Origin: Allobaculum fili
Lineage (GTDB): Bacteria; Bacillota_I; Bacilli_A; Erysipelotrichales; Erysipelotrichaceae
Reading direction: 5' to 3'
NCBI RefSeq assembly: GCF_020969955.1
Contig: NZ_JAHDSX010000004.1
Span: forward strand, 30,001 to 62,000
Length of the DNA: 32,000 bases
The stretch's first letter is position 1. Each line of letters begins with the position of its first letter. The position numbers were made by a program, and so were the translations under genes. The notes under the pieces were generated by a model. The model was not told the origin of the DNA. It did no database searches and saw nothing but the letters and a program-made list of their open reading frames with translations. Below are positions 15,388-23,562 of the stretch, piece after piece.

Positions 15388-15396
15388 TGATAAAAT
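15388..15396 (+). promoter_or_regulatory. Candidate extended -10 promoter for ptsI (TGaTAAAAT)
   Basis: TG at 15388-15389, TAAAAT at 15391-15396. The -35 is weak. The palindrome CAGAATTCTG (15367-15376) lies in the -35 region. Confidence 0.4.
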
Positions 15397-15437
15397 TTCT
15401 CTGATGAGAAATATGTAGACAGAGGAGGATTTTCTGC

Positions 15438-17144
15438 ATGTTAAAAGGAATCGCCGCCTCAGCAGGCGTATCTTGCGCAAAAGCGTACAAACTCGTTCAG
15501 CCTGTTGTGGTCATTGAAAAACGCACAGACGCTGATCCGGCAGCTGAAATTGAAAAGCTGGATGCGGCTCTTCGCAAAACCGTATCCGATATTGAAGGCG
15601 TAAAGGCAAGGGCAGCCAAACGCCTTTCCGATGAGGAACTGGCCGTATTTGATGCCCATCTGATGATGGCAAACGACCCGGAACTCTCCGGACAGATGAA
15701 AACGATGATCCAGAACGACAAAGTCAATGCGGAATACGCGGCGGATGTCGTTTCCAAAAATATGATCGCCATGTTCGAAAGCATGGATAACGATTACTTC
15801 CGTGAAAGAGCGGCAGACATTAAGGACGTTACGTTCCGTATGCTCTGCAACCTGCTCGGCCTGGAAATCCCGGATCTGAGCAGCATCAGCGAACCGACGA
15901 TCATCGTTGCACACGATCTGACCCCGTCGGACACTGCACAGCTCAATGAATACGTAAAAGGCTTTGTTACCGAAATCGGCGGCAAAACCAGCCACTCCGC
16001 CATCATGGCCAACTCGCTTGAAATCCCAGCTGTTGTCGGAACTGCCGGTGCTCTCGATGCGATTAACAACGGCGACATCATTGGCCTCGACGCCATCGAT
16101 GGAGAAGTCTTCGTCAATCCGGATGAAGAAACGACCGCTGCACTGAAGAAAAAAGAAACCGAATATCTCGAAGAGAAAAAAGAACTCCAGATTCTGATCA
16201 ACGCCAAATCGATCACGACCGACGGTCATGAAGTTGAACTGGCTGGAAACATCGGAAACGCAAAGGACGCTGAACAGGTTATTACCAACGGCGGCGAAGG
16301 CGTAGGTCTGTTCCGTACCGAGTTCCTGTACATGGACAACGATCACTTCCCAACGGAAGAAGAGCAGTTCCAGGTATACAAACAGGTACTCGAAACGATG
16401 AAGGGCAAGAAAGTCGTAGTCCGCACGCTCGATATCGGCGGCGACAAGCGTCTGTCCTACTTCGAATTCCCGGAAGAAATGAACCCGTTCCTGGGCTACC
16501 GTGCCATCCGTCTGTGCCTCGATCGCACCGACATCTTCAAAACCCAGCTGCGTGCGCTCTGCCGTGCTTCCGTTTACGGCAAGCTCTGCATCATGTTCCC
16601 GATGATCGCTACGATCGGTGAATTCCGCGATGCCAAAGCCATCTTTGAAGAATGCAAAGCCGAACTGCTCGCGGAAGGCGTAGCCGTATCGGATGACATC
16701 CAGGTCGGCATGATGGTCGAAATCCCGGCAGCTGCTGTACTCGCGGATGAATTCTCCAAATACGCAGACTTCTTCTCGATCGGTACCAACGACCTGATCC
16801 AGTACTCCATGGCTGCAGACCGTATGTCCGAAAAGGTTTCCTACCTGTATCAGCCGTTCAACCCCGCCATCCTTCGTCTGGTCAACATGACAATTCAGGG
16901 TGCGCACAAAAACGGCAAATGGGTCGGCATGTGCGGTGCCATGGCCGGCGAACCCAACGCCGTTCCAATCCTGCTCGGTCTCGGACTCGATGAATTCTCC
17001 ATGTCGGCTACCCAGATTCTGAAAGCCCGCAAAATCGTCAACGGCCTTTCCTATAAGGAAATGCAGACGATGGCGCAGAACTGCCTGAATCTCGATACCG
17101 CCAACGAAGTTCTCGACTACGTGAAAAAAGAAGTTTCCAAATAA
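15438..17144 (+). CDS. ptsI: Phosphoenolpyruvate-protein phosphotransferase (PTS enzyme I)
   Basis: SD GAGGAGGA. MLKGIAASAGV start, phospho-His motif GGKTSHSAIMANSLEIPAVVG, PEP-utilising C-domain motifs GLFRTEFLYM, RTLDIGGDK, FFSIGTNDLIQY, CGAMAGEP. No ptsH is adjacent. Confidence 0.97.
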   Translation: MLKGIAASAGVSCAKAYKLVQPVVVIEKRTDADPAAEIEKLDAALRKTVSDIEGVKARAAKRLSDEELAVFDAHLMMANDPELSGQMKTMIQNDKVNAEYAADVVSKNMIAMFESMDNDYFRERAADIKDVTFRMLCNLLGLEIPDLSSISEPTIIVAHDLTPSDTAQLNEYVKGFVTEIGGKTSHSAIMANSLEIPAVVGTAGALDAINNGDIIGLDAIDGEVFVNPDEETTAALKKKETEYLEEKKELQILINAKSITTDGHEVELAGNIGNAKDAEQVITNGGEGVGLFRTEFLYMDNDHFPTEEEQFQVYKQVLETMKGKKVVVRTLDIGGDKRLSYFEFPEEMNPFLGYRAIRLCLDRTDIFKTQLRALCRASVYGKLCIMFPMIATIGEFRDAKAIFEECKAELLAEGVAVSDDIQVGMMVEIPAAAVLADEFSKYADFFSIGTNDLIQYSMAADRMSEKVSYLYQPFNPAILRLVNMTIQGAHKNGKWVGMCGAMAGEPNAVPILLGLGLDEFSMSATQILKARKIVNGLSYKEMQTMAQNCLNLDTANEVLDYVKKEVSK

Positions 17145-17202
17145 GCTGTACGGTCCGCGTGCTTCAATGCGCCGATTGTACTGAACCCAAATGGAATGTT
17201 TT

Positions 17203-17248
17203 AAGCCCGTTCGGCGATTTTGTAAGATTCGTCCGGACGGGCCTTTTC
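17203..17248 (+). terminator. Probable terminator after ptsI
   Basis: AAGCCCGTTCGG (17203-17214) pairs with CCGGACGGGCCTT (17233-17245) with one G-U and one bulge, then TTTT. The loop is large (18 nt). Confidence 0.5.
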
Positions 17249-17324
17249 GTATACTGGTAAGCAGGGACAGTTCGCCAGCGGTTTTTGAACCGATGGGACG
17301 TGACCCTGTCCATAAAATGAAAAA

Positions 17325-17342
17325 TGCGCAGAATTCTGCGCA
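17325..17342. promoter_or_regulatory. Perfect 18-bp palindrome TGCGCAGAA|TTCTGCGCA abutting the SD of the XpaC-like gene
   Basis: Sits between a TAAAAT hexamer (17313-17318) and the SD AGGAG (17342-17346). Could be an operator or a 5'-terminal mRNA hairpin. Confidence 0.4.
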
Positions 17343-17354
17343 GGAGTTAACTGT

Positions 17355-18065
17355 ATGAACAAAAAAGAAAAAGCAGCCCGGAATGTCCTGATCGGCGGAT
17401 GCATCGCATCGGTCATCGCCGGAATCGTTCTCTGGCTGACCCTCTCTTTATCGACCGGTCTGATCGTTGCCGGCGCCGGTCTGGTAGCCAGCGGCCTGCT
17501 GGCTTCCTTCCTGTTAAAAAGCGCATCCAGAGGCGGCAAGCCGGAAGAGACGAAGCTGGTCGATCGAAAAGTCATCGAAGAAGCGGCGAAAAAAGTTCGT
17601 AAGACGTCTCCAAAATCGATGAAAAAGGAAATGCGCGACTTGACGACGCAGTGCGAGCGCATGCTGCAGAAAGCGGAGCTTCTCGACAAAACGCTCAACG
17701 AACAGTTTGGCTCTTCCGTAACGACCAAAGCCCGTTTTGCCTCAATCATCAACGGCGTCTATACGCTTTATGCACAAAACGTAAACGACATCATCCATCG
17801 CGTGGAAATTTTTGATGAAGACGGCTATGAACAGCTGCATCGCAATCATGAGCAGTATACGGACGCCATTAAACCGTATGCCGAACAGATGGACGCCGTT
17901 CGTAAGGAAATTGCCGAAAACGAAGAAATCCTTTCGCGCATCGACCGGCTCCTCGCCGAGCTCAATAAGCTCTCCGGCAGCGACGCTTCCTTAAAGACCC
18001 TTCCGGAAATGGAAGAGCTCAGCGATCTGATTGCGCAGACGCCGCTTTACCGCCAGCAGAACTGA
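17355..18065 (+). CDS. XpaC-like protein (two N-terminal TM helices plus a helical cytoplasmic domain; 5-bromo-4-chloroindolyl phosphate hydrolysis protein family)
   Basis: Architecture and position directly upstream of a TelA-family gene match the B. subtilis xpaC-yaaN arrangement. The sequence-level assignment is from memory only. Confidence 0.55.
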   Translation: MNKKEKAARNVLIGGCIASVIAGIVLWLTLSLSTGLIVAGAGLVASGLLASFLLKSASRGGKPEETKLVDRKVIEEAAKKVRKTSPKSMKKEMRDLTTQCERMLQKAELLDKTLNEQFGSSVTTKARFASIINGVYTLYAQNVNDIIHRVEIFDEDGYEQLHRNHEQYTDAIKPYAEQMDAVRKEIAENEEILSRIDRLLAELNKLSGSDASLKTLPEMEELSDLIAQTPLYRQQN

Positions 18066-18205
18066 GCGGCTGTATGCACAGGTCAGGCGGTTGTCAAAAT
18101 CGGCATCCGCAGGCGGTATGGATCGGCAGGCAATACCGATCCGTTTGGATTTATGTCACAATAATTGATGAGACACACCCGTATGGGACAAAGGAGATAT
18201 GAAGA

Positions 18206-19387
18206 ATGGCTTTCAGCATGAATGTAGATGAGCTGGATAAGGAAAAAGTCACCGAACAGCTGGATCCGACTCCCGAGCAGAAAACCGCACTTGGCAGCAT
18301 GGCTGCGGCCAATGCGAGCGAAGTAATGCAGATTAACCTCGATTCTCTGGACGAACGCCGCAGCATCGCGCAGACGATCGAATCGTTTGGCGAAGACGTC
18401 GTCGAAAAATCCGCCCAGAAAAACAAGATTCTGGAAACGACGCTCGGCGATCTGGCCAAAACCGGCAGCGAAGGCAGCAAGGTCATGGAATCGCTGGCCA
18501 TGCTCAACCGGGAAATGAAGGAACTCGATCCGTCCGGCATCAATTTCAATAACAACGGCATTTTCGGCCGCATGTTCAACCCGGTCCGCAACTATTTCCA
18601 GCGCTATGAAAAAGCGGACGCGCAGATCGAAGAAATCCTGAAGTCGCTCGATGAAGGCCGCAAAGCGCTCGTCGCCGATAATACGACTCTGGAAATCGAG
18701 CAGGTTTCCCTGCGCGATCTGACCGTCAAACTCGGCAAGCAGATCGAACTGGGCATGCAGATGGATGAAGCGATTACCCGCGAACTTGAACAGGCCCAGG
18801 TCAACAACGAAGATCCGGAAAAAATCAAATACATTCAGGACGAAGTGCTGTTCCCGCTGCGCCAGAAAGTCATGGATCTGCAGCAGATGCAGGCGGTAAA
18901 CCAGCAGGGTTATTTCGCCATGGAAATCGTTCGCCGCAACAACAAGGAACTCATCCGTGCAGTCGACCGCGCCAAGCACGTAACGGTATCCGCGCTGCGT
19001 ACCGCCGTAACCGTAGCTTCCGCTCTGTACAACCAGAAAATTGTTCTCGATAAAGTCAAACTGATCAACCAGACCACCAACGATCTGATCCGCTCGACTT
19101 CTGTCATGCTCAAGCAGCAGGGCGCTGATATCCAGCAGCAGGCGATGGAAGCCAACGTATCCGTAGAAACGCTCAAGGAAGCGTTCCGCAATACGTACGA
19201 AGCGCTCGATGCGGTGGAAAGCTATCGTGAAAAGGCACTCCCGCAGCTCAAAACGCAGATCGATGCCTTCCGTGAACTCGCCGACGAAGGCGCAAGACGC
19301 ATGGACCGCATTGAAACCGCGAAATCGTATCGCGAAGGTCTCGAAACCGATCCGAAAATCCAGTCCCTGCCAAAACTTCCGGAATAA
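18206..19387 (+). CDS. TelA / YaaN-family toxic anion resistance protein
   Basis: SD AAGGAG at 18192-18196. 393 aa, all-helical. Length and pattern match the TelA family (LDPTPEQ..., IESFGED, LRDLTVKLGKQIELG, VNQQGYFAMEIVRRNN). Confidence 0.8.
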   Translation: MAFSMNVDELDKEKVTEQLDPTPEQKTALGSMAAANASEVMQINLDSLDERRSIAQTIESFGEDVVEKSAQKNKILETTLGDLAKTGSEGSKVMESLAMLNREMKELDPSGINFNNNGIFGRMFNPVRNYFQRYEKADAQIEEILKSLDEGRKALVADNTTLEIEQVSLRDLTVKLGKQIELGMQMDEAITRELEQAQVNNEDPEKIKYIQDEVLFPLRQKVMDLQQMQAVNQQGYFAMEIVRRNNKELIRAVDRAKHVTVSALRTAVTVASALYNQKIVLDKVKLINQTTNDLIRSTSVMLKQQGADIQQQAMEANVSVETLKEAFRNTYEALDAVESYREKALPQLKTQIDAFRELADEGARRMDRIETAKSYREGLETDPKIQSLPKLPE

Positions 19388-19467
19388 GAACAGACGCGGT
19401 CAAAACCGAAGACAGAGAAGTTTCTGCATTTCGTTTTGAATCTGCGAAAACGTTTTAAAGACCATCG

Positions 19468-19509
19468 AAAGCCAGACGTCAGCCGAAAGGGAAGGCGTCT
19501 GGCTTTTTA
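19468..19509 (+). terminator. Rho-independent terminator after the TelA gene
   Basis: AAAGCCAGACG (19468-19478) pairs with CGTCTGGCTTT (19496-19506). T-run to 19509. Confidence 0.8.
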
Positions 19510-19671
19510 CAAGCCGGAATCTGAACAGCGCTGAATCGCGCCAGTGATAATCATCGGCTTTATATAAAGTAAATACTCGCCGGATTCATGCATGTTCAAA
19601 AATGAAACCGCAATGAACAGCCGAAGAAAAAGCGAAGGAAAAGGGAATTTCAAATCCAGGCAAGATGGTCT

Positions 19672-19708
19672 ATGTAAACGAATGTAAATCCTGTAACAAA
19701 AATGTAAC
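19672..19708. repeat. Four helically phased direct repeats of TGTAA(A/C)
   Basis: TGTAA at 19673, 19683, 19692 and 19703 (spacing 10, 9, 11 nt). The complement reads TTTACA/GTTACA. Confidence 0.7.
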
Positions 19709-19789
19709 GAAGCATCCGAAAATGAGCGATTCCCATAAAAAGTGCTCAATCTTCTTTACAAGCGAAAGATGGCGGAGTACCATGCAAAC

Positions 19790-20058
19790 CATAAAGAAAC
19801 CAGCAAACCGATGCGGAAGAGATCAAACAGAAAAAGGGATTAAAGCGAATCCGGGAGGGTGCAAGCCGGAGAATTACCGTTCTGCAAATGGACTTCCAAG
19901 GGCGATGTGAATTCAGTAGCAAAGCCGGGCCTTTCCCGTTACAGAAAGTAGAATGTGTTCGCATTCGATGAGAGGGCGTCAGCCAATACAGGTGGTACCG
20001 CAGAAAATTATTCTGTCCTGGTTCGAAAGAGGAAAACTCTTTTGGAACAGGACTTTTT
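19790..20058 (+). promoter_or_regulatory. T-box riboswitch leader, Trp-specific (specifier UGG)
   Basis: - Stem I base GGAAG (19815-19819) pairs with CTTCC (19893-19897).
- Upper helix CAGAA (19828-19832) pairs with TTCTG (19880-19884).
- The 3' specifier loop is CAAA-UGG-A, with UGG at 19889-19891 and the purine at 19892.
- F-box-like CCCGTTACA at ~19935.
- T-box sequence CAGGTGGTACCGCAG at 19989-20003.
- Terminator helix 20015-20053 plus TTTTT.
- Possible promoter TTTACA (19755-19760)-N17-TACCAT. Confidence 0.85.
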
Positions 20059-20111
20059 GTTTAATACGGGAAGTCCGATTGTCGAATCCAGTCAATCAGG
20101 AGGAAATACAG

Positions 20112-21170
20112 ATGAAACGAACAACAACAGCGAAATTTGCGAGTGCTGCCCTCGCGGCGTCCCTGCTTTTTGCAGGCTGCTCCTCTTCCCCAAACAGCGC
20201 GTCCAGCAGTGCCAAAGGCTCCAGTACAGCCGCTGCTTCAAACGAAAGCTATCAGATCGGACTGGCGCAGCTGGTCGATCACCCCTCTCTCAATACGATT
20301 CGGGAGGCCTTCCTCGATGAGCTTGAAGACGAAGGCTACACCGATGGCGAAAATGTCTCCATCAACTACCAGAACGCGGCCGGAAAGACATCCAGTCTGG
20401 ATTCCATCATGTCGAGCTACAAAGCCGACGGTTCCGAAGTCATCGTAGCCATCGCTACACCGACGGCCATGAGTGCCCAGAACTACTCCACCGAAATTCC
20501 AGTCGTCTTCTCCGCGGTCTCCGATCCCGTCGGCGCAGGCCTTGTCGAATCCCTCGAAAAACCAGGCGGAAACATTACTGGTACAAGCGACGAAGTACAG
20601 GTTGAACAGATCGTCGATCTGATACTTGAGCTTTCCCCGGAGATTCATAAAGTCGGCGTTCTCTACAATACCGGCGAAGCCAACTCCGTATCCAATGTGA
20701 AGCGCTTCAAGGATTACGCCAGGGAAAAAGGACTCGAAGTGGTTGAACGTACTGGAACCGACAATACGACGATGCAGCAGGCAGCCGTCGAACTCGCTTC
20801 TTCTGTCGACGCCATGTTCTCGCCCAACGACAACACGGTTGCAACCGGAATGGCGTCTCTTGGACAGGTTGCTGCCGATGCCGGCATTCCTTACTATGTC
20901 GGCGCGGATTCCATGGTACAGACCGGCGGCTTTGCGACGGTCGGGATCGACTATGAAGAACTTGGAAGAGAAACCGCGCGTATGACGATCGATGTTCTCA
21001 ACGGAAAATCTCCAGCCGACATGCCGGTCAAAGTGTTCAAGGACAATCTGAACATTTACGTTAACGAAGAACTCCTCAATAAGCTTTCCGAAAACGGAAA
21101 AACCAAAGTAGCCCTCCCCGAAGATCTTTCCGGCAAGGAAAATCTGAAAATGGTCACTTCCTTCGAATAA
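20112..21170 (+). CDS. ABC transporter substrate-binding lipoprotein (COG2984 / ABC_sub_bind family; TrpX-like)
   Basis: Start at 20112 (SD AGGAGGA at 20099-20105), not 19953. Lipoprotein signal MKRTTTAKFASAALAASLLFAG|C (Cys codon 20178-20180). YQIGLAQLVDHPSLN..., VVFSAVSDPVGAGLVESLEKPGGNITGTSD is typical of the family. Confidence 0.9.
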   Translation: MKRTTTAKFASAALAASLLFAGCSSSPNSASSSAKGSSTAAASNESYQIGLAQLVDHPSLNTIREAFLDELEDEGYTDGENVSINYQNAAGKTSSLDSIMSSYKADGSEVIVAIATPTAMSAQNYSTEIPVVFSAVSDPVGAGLVESLEKPGGNITGTSDEVQVEQIVDLILELSPEIHKVGVLYNTGEANSVSNVKRFKDYAREKGLEVVERTGTDNTTMQQAAVELASSVDAMFSPNDNTVATGMASLGQVAADAGIPYYVGADSMVQTGGFATVGIDYEELGRETARMTIDVLNGKSPADMPVKVFKDNLNIYVNEELLNKLSENGKTKVALPEDLSGKENLKMVTSFE

Positions 21171-21319
21171 AAAAGAAGTCATACTCGCGGCAAAGCGTCT
21201 TAACATTCCAGACGACACGCTCGTAAGCTGTCTCGAACAGGAAAATCATTTGTCTCAAAAGGCACGTCTAATAGAAGTACACAGAAATAGAAATACATAG
21301 AAATTCAGGAAATCTGCTG

Positions 21320-21339
21320 ACCGCCCGAATCCGGGCGGT
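21320..21339 (+). other. Intercistronic GC-rich hairpin between the binding-protein and permease genes
   Basis: ACCGCCCG-AATC-CGGGCGGT with no T-run. Plausibly an mRNA stability or processing element giving excess binding protein. Confidence 0.4.
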
Positions 21340-21362
21340 TCAGTCTGTAAAGAAAGGAACCT

Positions 21363-22235
21363 ATGACTGCAGATCTTATTCTCAATGCCGTCCAGCTCGG
21401 TCTGATCTTCGCCATTCTCTCGCTTGGTGAATACATCACCGTCAACATCATGGACAACCCGGACCTTACGGTAGACGGTTCGTTTGTAACCGGAGCTGCC
21501 GTCTGCGCCATGATGACGCTCGCGGGCCATCCAGTCCTCGGTCTATTTGGCGCCCTGATCGCCGGCGCCCTCTGCGGATGCGTCACCGCATTTCTGATGA
21601 CCAAAATGAAAATCCAGCCCCTTCTGGCCGGCATTCTGACAATGACCGGGCTGTATTCGATCAACCTGCGCATTATGAACGGCTCGCCGACCGTCAACCT
21701 GTTTTCCGGCGGCAAACCGGCGCAGACGCTCTTTTCCAACCCGTCGACAAGACTTTATGTTCTGCTTGCGGTTGTCGTTCTGATCATCGTCCTTCTGGCT
21801 TTTTTCTTTAAAACCAACCTGGGTCTTATGCTTCGCGCCAGCGGCGACAACGAACAGATGGTCCGCTCGTCCTCGATCAACACCTCCCGTATGAAATTTC
21901 TCGGTCTCGGGCTGTCCAACGCACTCGTCGGTCTTTCCGGCGCCGTGCTCGCGCAGTTCCAGAACTTCGCAGACATTTCCGGCGGTACCGGCATGCTCGT
22001 TCTCGGTCTGGCCGGCATCATCATCGGCGAAGCCATTTTCCGTCCGAAAAACGTCACTATGGGTCTGATCGCTTCGGCGATCGGCGCCATTCTGTACCGA
22101 ATTCTTTACACGATTGCGCTGCGTCTTGGCTTTGCGGCCAGCGACATGAACCTCGTTTCCTCGATTCTGGTTGCTCTGACGATCTCGATTCCAGCGATCC
22201 AGAAATACATGAAAGGACGGAAGAAAAATGCTTGA
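21363..22235 (+). CDS. ABC transporter permease (COG4120 family; TrpY-like)
   Basis: 290 aa, ~8 TM segments, branched-chain-type permease features. Sits between the cognate SBP and ATPase genes. Confidence 0.85.
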   Translation: MTADLILNAVQLGLIFAILSLGEYITVNIMDNPDLTVDGSFVTGAAVCAMMTLAGHPVLGLFGALIAGALCGCVTAFLMTKMKIQPLLAGILTMTGLYSINLRIMNGSPTVNLFSGGKPAQTLFSNPSTRLYVLLAVVVLIIVLLAFFFKTNLGLMLRASGDNEQMVRSSSINTSRMKFLGLGLSNALVGLSGAVLAQFQNFADISGGTGMLVLGLAGIIIGEAIFRPKNVTMGLIASAIGAILYRILYTIALRLGFAASDMNLVSSILVALTISIPAIQKYMKGRKKNA

Positions 22236-22977
22236 ACTTCAGGACGTTTCGGTTCTGTTTAACGAAGGAACTACACTGGAAAAGAAAGCGCTCGATCACG
22301 TGAGCGTCACCATTCATCCCGGCGAATTCGTCACGATTCTGGGCAGCAACGGGGCCGGAAAGTCGACATTCTTCAATGTGATCAGCGGCAATGCGCCGGC
22401 GAAAACCGGAAAAATTCTGCTCGACGGAAAAGATCTGACGAACGAACCGGAATACGTTCGCTCCCGCAGCATCGGCCGTCTCTTTCAGGATCCGAAGCAG
22501 GGAACGGCACCGCATCTGACGGTGGAAGAAAACATGGGTCTGGCCATTTCCTCAGGCCGTAATCCGTTTGCGATCGCGGTCGGCAAAAAGCAGGAAGCCG
22601 AGTTCAAGTCTCTTCTCGGCCAGCTCGACATGGGTCTTGAAGATCGTCTGAAAACACCGATCGGCCTGCTTTCCGGCGGTCAGCGCCAGGCGGTTTCTCT
22701 GATGATGGCCGTTGCCCATCCGCCAAAGCTGCTTCTGCTCGACGAACACACCGCCGCGCTGGACCCCGTCAGCGCCAAAAAGATTCTCAAGATTACCAAC
22801 GACATTATCGAACGCGATCACATTACCGCGCTGATGATCACCCATAACCTGCGCGACGCGCTTGAAAACGGAAACCGTCTGCTGATTTTCCAGGACGGCA
22901 AAATTAAGCATGACTTTTCCGGAGAAGAAAAGGCGCGCCTGACCCTCGAAGATCTGATTCACCTTTACGATATTTAA
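22228..22977 (+). CDS. ABC transporter ATP-binding protein (COG1101 family; TrpZ-like)
   Basis: The start overlaps the permease stop by 8 nt. Walker A GSNGAGKST, signature LSGGQRQ, Walker B LLLLDEHTAALD. Confidence 0.9.
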   Translation: MLELQDVSVLFNEGTTLEKKALDHVSVTIHPGEFVTILGSNGAGKSTFFNVISGNAPAKTGKILLDGKDLTNEPEYVRSRSIGRLFQDPKQGTAPHLTVEENMGLAISSGRNPFAIAVGKKQEAEFKSLLGQLDMGLEDRLKTPIGLLSGGQRQAVSLMMAVAHPPKLLLLDEHTAALDPVSAKKILKITNDIIERDHITALMITHNLRDALENGNRLLIFQDGKIKHDFSGEEKARLTLEDLIHLYDI

Positions 22978-23038
22978 GGCTTCGCCTGGGTTCATTTTTC
23001 CATCTTGTACGGGTACGATCTGCAGTATATTTGTTCTT

Positions 23039-23077
23039 AAACGGACAGCCTCTCCTTTCTGGATGGCTGTCCGTTTT
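23039..23077 (+). terminator. Rho-independent terminator of the ABC importer operon
   Basis: AAACGGACAGCC (23039-23050) pairs perfectly with GGCTGTCCGTTT (23065-23076), then T. Confidence 0.75.
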
Positions 23078-23194
23078 AAATGACTGCGGATCGAAAGCAT
23101 TCGAAACCCGACGAAAATTGAAAGAAGATTTGTATAGCTCTGGGGATTTCGGCTTGTGTTTCCGATTGAAATGTTTACACTACTTATTAAATGC

Positions 23195-23423
23195 AAAGAA
23201 CAGAAGGAGTACCTGCTCGCGGGACATGCAGAGAGCTTTCGGTTGGTGAAAGAAAGCCAGAAGCAGCAGGGAAGGTAGTCTGGGAGCAGCGGCTCTGAAC
23301 TGTACAGTAGGAGCTGACGTTTTCGCCGCGTTAGGCTGAGCGGTCTTTCGATACGAAAAGACAATGAAGGTGGTACCGCGGGGTTTTCTCGTCCTGAACA
23401 GGAAGAAAGCCCCGCGTTTTTTT
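23195..23423 (+). promoter_or_regulatory. T-box riboswitch leader, Val-specific (specifier GUA)
   Basis: - 5' specifier loop AGGAGTA.
- Helix CCTGCT (23212-23217) pairs with AGCAGG (23265-23270).
- AG bay AGAGAG (23230-23235).
- Distal loop ..GGTTGGTGAAAG.
- The 3' specifier loop is GAAG-GUA-G, with GUA at 23275-23277.
- F-box GCGTTAG at ~23328.
- T-box AATGAAGGTGGTACCGCGG at 23363-23381.
- Terminator helix 23377-23416 plus T7 (23417-23423). Confidence 0.85.
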
Positions 23424-23562
23424 GTTTTTGCATTCGGTTTTACTCCGGATTCATTTGCGGTGCAGGAGACAGTGCCGCAAACCCGCGGCCGGATCGTGTG
23501 ATCCGCCTGGAGAGATCCGTAAAATAAAAAATTCAGCAAGGAATAGAAAAGGAGCTTGAGCG

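Noticed and set aside
15459-16907. 482-aa minus-strand ORF antisense to ptsI
   Set aside because: Codon-aligned antisense shadow of a gene with textbook enzyme I motifs.
19665-20111. 81-aa ORF and the N-terminal extension (from 19953) of the binding-protein ORF
   Set aside because: Both overlap the T-box leader and its terminator. The real start at 20112 has a strong SD and gives a canonical lipoprotein signal peptide.
23180-23539. 119-aa minus-strand ORF upstream of valS
   Set aside because: It overlaps the Val T-box leader and terminator and has no SD.
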